Origin: Klebsiella phage K64-1
Length of the DNA: 64,000 bases
Strand: one strand, 5' to 3'
Sequence record: AB897757.1
Shown one piece after another: positions 8,780 to 18,023 of this stretch; position 1 is the stretch's first letter, and each line of letters begins with the position of its first letter. A program made the translations under genes and the position numbers. The notes beneath the pieces are model-generated. The model made no database searches. It saw only the letters and a list, made by a program, of their open reading frames with translations, and was not told the DNA's origin.

Positions 8780-9895
8780 TTAGATATTGTCGCTAATAGG
8801 CAGAGTTGGTGCTTGCCATGATAGTGTACAAATAATTGTCATATTACCATATGAACTTAAATTAACTGATTCATTAAAAATACAAGAAATTATTTCGTCT
8901 TTATCAGAAACAATGTGATTTGTTTCATTGATTACATATCTACTTTGCATTGATATATCAAAATAATCATAACCAGCAATAACAGTACCACCAATATCCT
9001 CATTTGCTTCCCCACTGAAACGAATTTTCATATCAGTTACTGGTGGTTCATACCCCTGTGTTACATTTACTTCGATATTAGTGACAAGATATCCAGCAGG
9101 ACAAGTACCAATAACCAGTACTGTATTAGTGTATGAATGATCGATAGTGTTCACTATAACAACTATATCCTTACCGGCATCTCCTTTATCACCCTTCTCA
9201 CCTTGCAAGCCTTCTTTACCACGAAATTCAATGCCAGTGCTCCATTCTTTTTGTACTGGATCTGTATTTTCCACAATATCTACATAATATAATTTACCAT
9301 CACTTGTGTTATAGAAACAATAATCTTCTGGAAGATTAGTAATATCAGGGAAAGTGCTTCCGGTACTATCAATGTGGAATCTACCGCGTGGACCTACTTC
9401 ACCCCTGAAGCTAATACCGCTCGACCACGTTTGAGTACTGGAATCATAAAAATAAAGTTTTCCATCATTGGTATTATAGAAAGTATAACCATCAAATAAA
9501 CCCGAAGTAGGGAATACCGTACCAGAACTATCTATATGGAATGGTTTACCCTGTTCACCTTGCTCACCTTTTCCAAATTCAACCGAATTCCATGTGCTTG
9601 ACTCACCTGGATTTGAAGTTTTAAAATACAAAACACTTGTGGAATTTGCTAAGCTCAGATAGCTCCACCCAATAGTTTTATCTGTATTAAAATCACTGTC
9701 AGGTATTTCAAAACCAATTTCGTTTGGATAAAAATTACTTCCATCAGAACCGTCATGACCGACAACCAGACCTAAATCTTCAATGGTATTATCTGCATAA
9801 GTTACAATCAAATGACCATCTGTGCTGATTTTCATACTTTTAATACCAGAATTATTACATGAGCAATTGGACCCATTATTAAATGAAATTGTCAT
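8780..9895 (-). CDS. collagen-like repeat fibrous protein (whisker or tail-fibre-like) with three tandem ~50-aa modules
   Basis: G-X-Y tracts GKGEQGEQGKP, GEVGPRGR, GKEGLQGEKGDKGDAGKD each preceded by a repeated module FYNT.DGKLY..D...WS.GI.FRG. Confidence 0.5.
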   Translation of the reverse strand: MTISFNNGSNCSCNNSGIKSMKISTDGHLIVTYADNTIEDLGLVVGHDGSDGSNFYPNEIGFEIPDSDFNTDKTIGWSYLSLANSTSVLYFKTSNPGESSTWNSVEFGKGEQGEQGKPFHIDSSGTVFPTSGLFDGYTFYNTNDGKLYFYDSSTQTWSSGISFRGEVGPRGRFHIDSTGSTFPDITNLPEDYCFYNTSDGKLYYVDIVENTDPVQKEWSTGIEFRGKEGLQGEKGDKGDAGKDIVVIVNTIDHSYTNTVLVIGTCPAGYLVTNIEVNVTQGYEPPVTDMKIRFSGEANEDIGGTVIAGYDYFDISMQSRYVINETNHIVSDKDEIISCIFNESVNLSSYGNMTIICTLSWQAPTLPISDNI

Positions 9896-10012
9896 ATTTA
9901 TATCCTTTAATGAATATCATCTAGAAATATTTATCCAGTACTATACTCTTTTGGTTAGTATATAAAGCACAATAAATAAGTTAAAGTTCATAATAAAAAG
10001 GGCTTAACGATT

Positions 10013-10510
10013 ATGGCATTACGTTCAAAAAATTTTCTATTCAACAGAAAAGACAGAGATGGAGAATATAAAGATTTTCCAAATAGTGATGTGTGGTATC
10101 CAAACAATGTAGATTATTACTGGGATGAGCAATCAACTCCAATGGCAAGTGGTGGATATTATGGAAGTACTACAGGTTTGCACACAATTTCTTTTACACT
10201 ACGCGAATTTACTGGAAGAATTTATGTACTTGCTACACTAGCAAGCAACCCAACAGATCAAGACTGGTTTCCAATTAAATTTAAAGAAAGTTGTAAATAT
10301 TATCTTGAATTTACGGATATGTCGGTTTATAACCCAATTACCGCAGAAATAAACCGCGAACGTGGTACAACTGGTACTTTTGCTGAAACATTAACTGGTA
10401 ATTTTACATACATTAAAATTGGTATCGATAGAGATTATATCAGTGAAAATCCAAGTGATATACAAAAAGGTGCAGTAGGGTACTTAGAATCTATATTAAT
10501 TAATTTTTAA
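10013..10510 (+). CDS. hypothetical (probably structural) protein
   Basis: 165-aa ORF, RBS-like aaaaagggcttaacgattATG; divergent from the fibre cluster. Confidence 0.35.
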   Translation: MALRSKNFLFNRKDRDGEYKDFPNSDVWYPNNVDYYWDEQSTPMASGGYYGSTTGLHTISFTLREFTGRIYVLATLASNPTDQDWFPIKFKESCKYYLEFTDMSVYNPITAEINRERGTTGTFAETLTGNFTYIKIGIDRDYISENPSDIQKGAVGYLESILINF

Positions 10511-10520
10511 GGAATAAGAA

Positions 10521-11126
10521 ATGCTACACAAAGAACAACCAAAATTATTTGTAAAAGGACATGTATTAATAACTGATATCACGGATCCAAATAATGTTAT
10601 TACAGTTTTAGATCGTAGTAATGCGATTCACAGTGAAAATATGTCATATGCAATAGCGAATTCATTATCATATGTTCAAGATAGTACTGGGGTTCCTATT
10701 GGATCTATTAGTTCTATGCATTTTGGTAACGGTGGTAGTACTATCATCGGTACTGGACGTATTTTATATAAGCAGCCAAGAGTAACATCTTTTGGTGGAT
10801 TATATTCAGAAACTTATAAAAAAAATATTAATGCCAGAATTAATCCTGGAATTGATGAACAATACAACTATATTAGTACTGTTCATATCCCAGGTCAATC
10901 ATACTCAGATGTTGTATGTATTTGTACTCTAGGTTTAGGTGAACCAGTTGATCAAAACGCAAGTAGTAGTAATGATTTAGATGGTACCTATGTGTTTGAT
11001 GAATTAGGTCTGTATACTGATGGTGATAGTGGTTCACCACTGTCTCATATTATTTTCCACCCAGTGGAAAAATCAGCCAACCGTGTTTTGCAAATTAAAT
11101 ACACTGTACGCATTCAATTACAATAA
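10521..11126 (+). CDS. hypothetical (probably structural) protein
   Basis: 201-aa ORF, RBS aaggaataagaaATG. Confidence 0.35.
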   Translation: MLHKEQPKLFVKGHVLITDITDPNNVITVLDRSNAIHSENMSYAIANSLSYVQDSTGVPIGSISSMHFGNGGSTIIGTGRILYKQPRVTSFGGLYSETYKKNINARINPGIDEQYNYISTVHIPGQSYSDVVCICTLGLGEPVDQNASSSNDLDGTYVFDELGLYTDGDSGSPLSHIIFHPVEKSANRVLQIKYTVRIQLQ

Positions 11127-11139
11127 TAAGAGGTATATA

Positions 11140-12252
11140 ATGGCAACGGTTAATTATGTAATCAAAAGAAGTGATGGTACTACATATGCTACCATCCCCA
11201 ACGATGTTATACTAGGTCCAAATCAACCTGGTAGCAACCCAGTACCTCTTAATTTTGTAGGAAGGAATAAGGTTGGATATGGTCAGGCATCAAACGAAAA
11301 CTTTCTACACTTAGTTGAAAACTTCACAAGTTCAAATGCACCTTATGGTAACGTTAAAGGGCAATTATGGTATAAAGCCACTGGTAGTACACCTGGTGAA
11401 TTTCTTTTAGCATTACAGGATAATGCTCAACAACCCGTAGATACTGCAACAGAAGGACAATGGGCTTCTATACCAATGATTACATTGTTTAATACCATAC
11501 CAGATGGTACTAACAGTGTGATGGGTAGAATGATCCTCACCAATAATGGTGATACTCTTCGTGTTCTTATGAAAAATAAAGAATGGAGGGAAGTTTTAAC
11601 TCGTAAACCACAAGCAAAAGAATATGAAGCACTGCTTGATATTAATTATGATAGTTCAGTAAATTATATTGAATTCACACAAACTAACAGTACTAAACCT
11701 ATTGCTTATTTTAATACTGGTGGTGATATGAGCATTGACTCAAATGGTTGGGCTAGTTTTGAAACAGGCAATGGTGTGTTCCAATTTGGAACTAACTATT
11801 TTTATGAAATGAAAATAATGTTCAGGGAAGTTTCGATGGATAGTGGATCATTATTATCTGTCCCTTCTAACTACAAAACGTGGAAAATTAATGGTAGCTT
11901 TTATGTTGATAATAAAGGAACCATTACACCGGGTTCTGTTCCGTGCAGTGATTTACCAGATCCACGTCGTATTGCAAGTTTGGAAACTATTAAAGATGTA
12001 ATCACCAGTGCTACGCTACAAAATGACTGGGACGTTAGTATGGTAATTAATGATATAGATTCATCCATTCCTAACCCTACTGGGGTTACTAAAGCAGCAT
12101 ATGAACAATGGGTTATTAATTCACTTAATAGTAGTAAAACGCTAGGTTTTAGAGTAGATGGTACTGTATCAGGATTAAGTACCGGACAAACTGTAAAAAT
12201 TCAACCTAACATTTCAATTAAAATTCTTGGGATCCCGGCACTCGGTGTATAA
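11140..12252 (+). CDS. tail-fibre-like protein
   Basis: Start MATVNYVIKRSDGTTYATIPNDVILGPNQPG resembles conserved fibre N-termini; RBS aagaggtatataATG at 11140 (the ORF track opens further upstream at 11020). Confidence 0.4.
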   Translation: MATVNYVIKRSDGTTYATIPNDVILGPNQPGSNPVPLNFVGRNKVGYGQASNENFLHLVENFTSSNAPYGNVKGQLWYKATGSTPGEFLLALQDNAQQPVDTATEGQWASIPMITLFNTIPDGTNSVMGRMILTNNGDTLRVLMKNKEWREVLTRKPQAKEYEALLDINYDSSVNYIEFTQTNSTKPIAYFNTGGDMSIDSNGWASFETGNGVFQFGTNYFYEMKIMFREVSMDSGSLLSVPSNYKTWKINGSFYVDNKGTITPGSVPCSDLPDPRRIASLETIKDVITSATLQNDWDVSMVINDIDSSIPNPTGVTKAAYEQWVINSLNSSKTLGFRVDGTVSGLSTGQTVKIQPNISIKILGIPALGV

Positions 12253-12260
12253 CAAAAATA

Positions 12261-12290
12261 AAAAAGGAGCCGATTGGCTCCTTTTTTGTT
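12261..12290. terminator. bidirectional rho-independent terminator
   Basis: ggagcc-gatt-ggctcc with A-run upstream and T-run downstream. Confidence 0.7.
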
Positions 12291-12762
12291 AAAAATATGG
12301 TTCACTATTTAAACTGTTGACAAACACAGTCCCTTTCTTTATACTTTCATACAGAGATTTAAAATCCTTCATTAAATTTTCATTAAGTAGTGTGCTTTTA
12401 GCACCCGGATGTAATCTTAGACTTTTATACGAACCAATTTCTACCCAAGAATATCCAGAGCTTTCGTGATTCAGTACAGGAATAAATTCATTTTCAACTA
12501 CTATAACAAATGAATAATATTTGAATTTACCATTTTTAGTACTGAATACATCAAAAGGTATAATATCTTCAATATCGGGAACAGAATTACCTAATTCTTC
12601 TTGTATTTCTCTGTACAATGCTTGTAATGGTGTTTCATTATTTTGAAGTTTTCCTCCTACAAATCCCCAGTTATTACTATAGGTAGCACTTTCCGAACGT
12701 AAATTGAGCATCATTCTTCCTGTATTCTTGGATAGGAATATAGCACCAACTGCTTCATTCAT
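12289..12762 (-). CDS. Nudix hydrolase
   Basis: Nudix box GGKLQNNETPLQALYREIQEELG (GX5EX7REUXEEXGU pattern). Confidence 0.7.
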   Translation of the reverse strand: MNEAVGAIFLSKNTGRMMLNLRSESATYSNNWGFVGGKLQNNETPLQALYREIQEELGNSVPDIEDIIPFDVFSTKNGKFKYYSFVIVVENEFIPVLNHESSGYSWVEIGSYKSLRLHPGAKSTLLNENLMKDFKSLYESIKKGTVFVNSLNSEPYF

Positions 12763-12774
12763 AGAAACTCCTTG

Positions 12775-14100
12775 TTAGTTTTTATCACGAAATGTAATAC
12801 GCCAATAACCAGCAGTGTATTTTGGTTTAACCGATCTAGACCAACCCAAACGCTTATTATATTTGTAATAATGAGTATCATCTCTGTTATAGATATAATT
12901 TGATACAGTTTCTGGATCAATCAAATCTGCACCTGTGTTGGTTATTTTAAATAGCATATTAGGTTCAATTGATGTATCTTTGTATTGAATAGAACATTTT
13001 GAATTATTAACATAATATTGTTCTGGTATAGCATTATTTAGTTCAGAAATTTTAGATACTAATTTGATAATATTAAAATTCGTACTATACTGCAAAGGAT
13101 CAATTTCAACTGTTAACTTATTTGCATCATCACCACTACCAATAGATGTTACTATCCCCTTTAATGGGTTAGTTTCTTCGATTGCAGTTTGGAATCTTAT
13201 GGTGATTTCTTTATCTTCATAATCTGGATCTAAATACTGGAAATATTTTTTCCATGAATAAATCCCACCAGTATCTGCTTTTGGACTTCCTGATTGAGAG
13301 ATTAAAGTAATTTCAAAAATATTATCCGTTTGTTCTTCAGTACCTATACCCAAATTCTTTGGTGTAAAAACATCAACGATTGGATCTTCAAAATCAAAGT
13401 TCATATCCTTTTCAGGAACATACGTTGTCATATTAGTGTTTATTTGGTTAATTAGTTTTGGTTTTTCAACCCTAGCAGGTAAAGAAAACCATATAGTAGT
13501 TTCGAATTTAAATACTGCAATATCCAAATCAGTATCATTACCCTGTGGTACACCCCTTGTACTAAATGTTGTATCTACCAATTCCACATTTTCAATACTA
13601 GTCCAATCAAGTGGGTTATTGGACATTTGCATTTGTACGCTTGGTGCAAAGAGTGTACAAATTTGTTCCCACAATTCCATTTTAGCTTGCAATTGTGTAG
13701 TCCATATGTTAAGATTGAATACAAATTTATATGGTACTGGATTGTGTCGTGTAACTTTGTACATTTTATCGATTTCGTGTATATAATTACCATTATCATC
13801 AGTTTTATTAGTTGCGAATACAGAAATATCATCTGCATTAGAACGCGTTGATTTTCTATCAACATTTAAGCTTTCTACACTGATAGTCATGATAGGTGCT
13901 GAATTTATGATATTTTCACTACCACTATTAATAATATAAGCAGCCATTTTTGAAATATCTGCATAACGCACCGGAACTTCTCTGTATCGTGGTTTGCCTT
14001 CATCATCAACACCATTTTGTACAGTAAAACCACTGAATAAACGAATAAGATGAGTTAATTCTCTATGAAATTGTCCATCATAATAATAATCTAGTTTCAT
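12775..14100 (-). CDS. gp15: gp15-like tail sheath stabiliser / tail completion (connector) protein
   Basis: Segment PVPYKFVFNLNIWTTQLQAKMELWEQICTLFAPSVQMQM parallels T4 gp15 PIKMIYELSIFTRYEDDMFQIVEQILPYFQPHFNTTM (recalled from memory); position after a neck-like gene. Confidence 0.5.
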   Translation of the reverse strand: MKLDYYYDGQFHRELTHLIRLFSGFTVQNGVDDEGKPRYREVPVRYADISKMAAYIINSGSENIINSAPIMTISVESLNVDRKSTRSNADDISVFATNKTDDNGNYIHEIDKMYKVTRHNPVPYKFVFNLNIWTTQLQAKMELWEQICTLFAPSVQMQMSNNPLDWTSIENVELVDTTFSTRGVPQGNDTDLDIAVFKFETTIWFSLPARVEKPKLINQINTNMTTYVPEKDMNFDFEDPIVDVFTPKNLGIGTEEQTDNIFEITLISQSGSPKADTGGIYSWKKYFQYLDPDYEDKEITIRFQTAIEETNPLKGIVTSIGSGDDANKLTVEIDPLQYSTNFNIIKLVSKISELNNAIPEQYYVNNSKCSIQYKDTSIEPNMLFKITNTGADLIDPETVSNYIYNRDDTHYYKYNKRLGWSRSVKPKYTAGYWRITFRDKN

Positions 14101-14102
14101 TG

Positions 14103-15566
14103 TTATTCTTTCCTATATTTTGGTGTACTTGCAATATCATGCAATGGCATTCTATCTGAACTGTTGACGAAATTTACAAGTTCTGGGTCTGAACCTAACC
14201 ATGGAATTCTGTTACCATAATCGAATACTACCCATGATTGACTGTCGGCATTGTATTTCCAACATGTGACAGGATTATAGTCAGTTCTGAAAAAATATTC
14301 TCCATCAGTTGGTGTAGATGGAAACTCGGTACCTTCTGGTACTGAACCCCTTTGTGGTGGAATTTCCGGTCTGTAGTTATTAGGATCATCAATAATATCA
14401 TTAATATTAGAAGTATTGAAATTAAATTTTCCTGGGAAATTAGATGGAATAATCCACGAATCATCTTTGTATTGATATACTTGTGAATCACTATATTTTA
14501 CATAAAACTCTATGTTGTTCTTAGGTTGTTTATCTTCCTTACTATATTCAACATCACATAGCAACCAACTATTACTTGAGTTATCGTACTGGTACAATGA
14601 AAAACCACTTACATTAGTACTATCTTCTTTAAAGAAGAAATCACCATCAGTTGGATTGGATGGGAAGTTAATATCATACCCAGTACTGACAACATTCCAC
14701 ACATCATCAACATTCTCTTTAAGTACAGGTTTAGTCTTTTTAAGATATAGCATATTATTAGCTGGTTCTTCTGGGAAGTCATATCCATTTAGCATACTTT
14801 TAGATAGGTCTACATAGTCAATTCGTGGATCATAAAACTGTTCATTATCAAAATTGAGATAAGGTACATCATTTTCAGCTATTGTGATTATTTTATTCAT
14901 TATATCCATTTCATTTTGATAATTACTGTTGTTATTACCATTACCGTTGCCATTATTTGGATCATCTGGGTTATCTGGATAACTATTGTTTTGTAGTAAA
15001 TCTGAGTATTCAGGTGAATCAGTAATGGGTTTGACTCGAATTTTCCATATATGAGCTTGCCACGTAGCAGAATATCCTTCATATGTTTTAAAAGCATCCT
15101 GAACTACATAAAAACGGTTTATACCACTATCTTTACCAATAACATCGAAATCACGTAAATTTGGTAGTTCAATAACATCACCCGGAAGAATCTTTCTTCC
15201 TAAACGTTTCATCATATCGTTATAATGAACAGTTATATCCATTGTATTAAAATCAAAAAACAGGCCAGGGAGTTTCATGTCGGGAGTTGCTTCTTGCACT
15301 TGATAGACACATGAAAATGTGATAGCCTCTAGATTATATTTTCTATTCGAGGTGTCACCAAAAACCCAATCGCTAACACTGTTGATATCAAAACTTGACT
15401 CTGAACTGGAAGTTGTTGTATAATCACCAGTACTGGACGTTGGTTTTTCACCACAGTACGCGTAAAGCCACATGTCAACGCCACCTATGTTGTATTGTTC
15501 GGCAATGGCAGAATCAATAAAAGAGTAATCATTCGTTCTGCCTTTTTTCCACATCTTATAAGCCAT
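14103..15566 (-). CDS. putative neck protein (gp13/gp14-like by synteny) with an N/D/P-rich low-complexity insert
   Basis: 487-aa ORF immediately upstream of the gp15-like gene on the same strand; assignment by position only. Confidence 0.3.
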   Translation of the reverse strand: MAYKMWKKGRTNDYSFIDSAIAEQYNIGGVDMWLYAYCGEKPTSSTGDYTTTSSSESSFDINSVSDWVFGDTSNRKYNLEAITFSCVYQVQEATPDMKLPGLFFDFNTMDITVHYNDMMKRLGRKILPGDVIELPNLRDFDVIGKDSGINRFYVVQDAFKTYEGYSATWQAHIWKIRVKPITDSPEYSDLLQNNSYPDNPDDPNNGNGNGNNNSNYQNEMDIMNKIITIAENDVPYLNFDNEQFYDPRIDYVDLSKSMLNGYDFPEEPANNMLYLKKTKPVLKENVDDVWNVVSTGYDINFPSNPTDGDFFFKEDSTNVSGFSLYQYDNSSNSWLLCDVEYSKEDKQPKNNIEFYVKYSDSQVYQYKDDSWIIPSNFPGKFNFNTSNINDIIDDPNNYRPEIPPQRGSVPEGTEFPSTPTDGEYFFRTDYNPVTCWKYNADSQSWVVFDYGNRIPWLGSDPELVNFVNSSDRMPLHDIASTPKYRKE

Positions 15567-15620
15567 TTGAATTCTCCAAATGCATTTTTTATATAGTATT
15601 TAGAGAAGATAAAAAAAGAG

Positions 15621-15650
15621 TTGACATTGCAATTTAATTTCTGATATAAT
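15621..15650 (+). promoter_or_regulatory. sigma70-type promoter TTGACA - 18 nt - TGaTATAAT
   Basis: ttgaca 15621-15626, tgatataat 15642-15650; upstream of the ClpA-like gene. Confidence 0.55.
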
Positions 15651-15697
15651 GTAATCATAGTTCAATACAAAAGAGACATTTTACAAAAGGAAAATCA

Positions 15698-16195
15698 ATG
15701 AATCTACAAAAACTATTTAAAGTAAGCGATGATCTGGCAACTTCTCTTGGTCATACATATCTTACTATTGACCATATTAGTGCTACACTTCTTGAAGTTG
15801 ATAGTATTGTAGAACTATTCAATACCATGAATATTGATACAAATAAACTTCACAGTCGTGTGATGAATTTTCTGAAAAGTACTGAATATCCAAATCAACC
15901 GGCTAGTATGTCAGCTAATGGGACTAACAGTAGTTCTTTGTTGGTAAATCGCGTATTCAATGAACTGTCAAAAAAATCAGTTATTGAACAACTTAAACGT
16001 GATGATTTTACAATTGATTCATACTTTGTACTATTTGAATGCTTGTCTTTCCCAAATACAGCAAAGGCGTGTCTCGCACTGAAGCAGCACGTGCATTACA
16101 AAAACATGTGGCGAAAATCGATAGTTCCATCAATCTACAAAGTATTGCTGAAGATCCTAATTCATCAGATAAGAAAGCGACGGCGGGACAAATGA
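15698..16195 (+). CDS. ClpA-like N-terminal domain segment (frame A of a split ClpA-like gene)
   Basis: Residues resemble the Clp N-domain repeat; the frame ends at 16195; it overlaps the AAA+ body ORF, which is in the -1 frame. Confidence 0.5.
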   Translation: MNLQKLFKVSDDLATSLGHTYLTIDHISATLLEVDSIVELFNTMNIDTNKLHSRVMNFLKSTEYPNQPASMSANGTNSSSLLVNRVFNELSKKSVIEQLKRDDFTIDSYFVLFECLSFPNTAKACLALKQHVHYKNMWRKSIVPSIYKVLLKILIHQIRKRRRDK

Positions 16196-17985
16196 ATGCA
16201 ATTAAACAAAAAACTCTAGAAGATTTTACTGTAAACCTGACTAAACTTGCACAGGAAGGTAAACTTGACCCAATGATCGGTCGCCAAAAAGAACTTCAAT
16301 CACTAATTGAAGTAATGGCACGTAAAAACAAAAAGAATGCTATTCTTACTGGTGATGCAGGAGTCGGTAAAACTCAGATCGTCGATGGTTTTGCACAAGC
16401 CATTGCTGATGGTGACGTACCTGACTATCTGAAAGGTGTTGAGGTATTATCTCTTAACGTTTCTGCTGTAACTGCTGGTACAAAATACCGTGGTGAATTC
16501 GAAGAACGTATGGAAGGTATTATTAAAGAACTTAAAAAACGAGAAAATGTAATTTTGTTCATTGATGAAGTACATATTATGATGGGTGCTGGTGGTAGCA
16601 GCACTGGATCTATGGATATGAGCAATATCATGAAACCTGCACTTTCACGTGGTGATATTCGTGTTATCGGTGCAACAACTTATGAGGAATATCGCCAGAA
16701 CATTGAAAAAGATGCTGCATTTTCCCGCCGCTTCACTAAAATTGATGTAGTTGAACCTAGTATTAACGAAACACGTGAAATTATTAATGGTCTGAAAGGT
16801 ACTTATGAAAAATATCATAACGTAACATTCAGTACTGAAACAATTAACTCAATTATTAATCTGAGTTCTAAATTTTTACAAAATAAAAAGTTTCCAGATA
16901 AAGCAATTGATCTGATGGATAGTGCTGCTGCTAAAATTCGTTCAGAAAAACGTTCAGATCTAAAAGTGACGGTACGTGATATTGAAGAAGTTGTGTCCAG
17001 AATCACAAACCTTGATATTAGTGTTATTTCTTGTACTGAAAGTGAACGCATGAATAATCTACCAGATGTTCTACGTTCGCGTGTATTTGGTCAAGATGAA
17101 GCAATCGAAAAATTGGTCGATAACGTTATGGTTGCACGTGCTGGGCTACGTGATAAATCAAGTGTTCAGGGTGCTTTCATGTTTGTTGGACCATCTGGTA
17201 CTGGTAAAACTGAAATCACAAAAGCACTTGCTGAAGCAATGGGTTCTGAGCTAATTCGTTTTGATATGTCAGAGTTTTCGCAAGACCACACTGTATCTAA
17301 ACTTATTGGTTCACCTCCTGGATATGTAGGACATGAAACAGGAAATGGTCAGCTTCTTGATAAAGTTGAACAATTCCCTAATGCAGTACTTCTACTGGAT
17401 GAAATTGAAAAAGCACATCCAAAAGTACTGCTGACATTCCTACAAGTATTGGATGAAGGGCGTTTGACTGGTTCACAAGGAAAAACAGTTTACTTTAATA
17501 ATATTACTGTTATTATGACTACAAACCTTGGAGCAGCAGATTCCAATAAACGTAGTATCGGTGTAAGTACAGTGGATTCTGCACAAGAAAAAGCTATTAA
17601 AGCATTTTTACCACCAGAATTCATCAATCGCATTGATAGTATTGTTAAATTCAATGAACTATCATCAGAAGCAATTGATAGTGTAATTGACAAGTTTATG
17701 GGGGCATTGCGTGAACAAGTTAAAGAACGTGGAATTGAAGTGGTACTGACCAAACGTGCACGAGAATATCTTGCAGAGAATGGTGTTCAGAACGGCATGG
17801 GTGCTCGTCCAATGAAACGTTTGATTGAACAATGCATTCGTGTACCTTTGGCAAAAGAAATGCTTCTAGGCTCTCTGGTGAACGGTGGTAAGGTAACGTT
17901 TGATGTGATTGATGGTAAGATTGCAATTAAACAAAAAGTTAAAAAATCCACAAAGGAAATTGATTCAGCAGAATTAGAGGCGTAA
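16039..17985 (+). CDS. ClpA-like double AAA+ ATPase body (D1+D2), frame B
   Basis: Two Walker A motifs LTGDAGVGKT and FVGPSGTGKTE; no long ClpB-type middle domain; KRSIGVSTVDS...FLPPEFINRID aligns with the E. coli ClpA IGL ClpP-docking loop region. Confidence 0.75.
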   Translation: MLVFPKYSKGVSRTEAARALQKHVAKIDSSINLQSIAEDPNSSDKKATAGQMNAIKQKTLEDFTVNLTKLAQEGKLDPMIGRQKELQSLIEVMARKNKKNAILTGDAGVGKTQIVDGFAQAIADGDVPDYLKGVEVLSLNVSAVTAGTKYRGEFEERMEGIIKELKKRENVILFIDEVHIMMGAGGSSTGSMDMSNIMKPALSRGDIRVIGATTYEEYRQNIEKDAAFSRRFTKIDVVEPSINETREIINGLKGTYEKYHNVTFSTETINSIINLSSKFLQNKKFPDKAIDLMDSAAAKIRSEKRSDLKVTVRDIEEVVSRITNLDISVISCTESERMNNLPDVLRSRVFGQDEAIEKLVDNVMVARAGLRDKSSVQGAFMFVGPSGTGKTEITKALAEAMGSELIRFDMSEFSQDHTVSKLIGSPPGYVGHETGNGQLLDKVEQFPNAVLLLDEIEKAHPKVLLTFLQVLDEGRLTGSQGKTVYFNNITVIMTTNLGAADSNKRSIGVSTVDSAQEKAIKAFLPPEFINRIDSIVKFNELSSEAIDSVIDKFMGALREQVKERGIEVVLTKRAREYLAENGVQNGMGARPMKRLIEQCIRVPLAKEMLLGSLVNGGKVTFDVIDGKIAIKQKVKKSTKEIDSAELEA

Positions 17986-17990
17986 AAACA

Positions 17991-18023
17991 AAAGGAGAGC
18001 ATAAAAGCTCTCCTTTTTTTTAT
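17991..18023. terminator. bidirectional rho-independent terminator
   Basis: ggagagc-ataaaa-gctctcc followed by a T8 run; A-run on the other side. Confidence 0.7.

Noticed and set aside
8255-9900. TATAAATA-like strings overlapping the start codons of the 6723-8255 and 8780-9895 genes
   Set aside because: The motif overlaps the ATG itself (tataaATG). It cannot serve as a -10 element for those genes and probably reflects an AT-rich start context.
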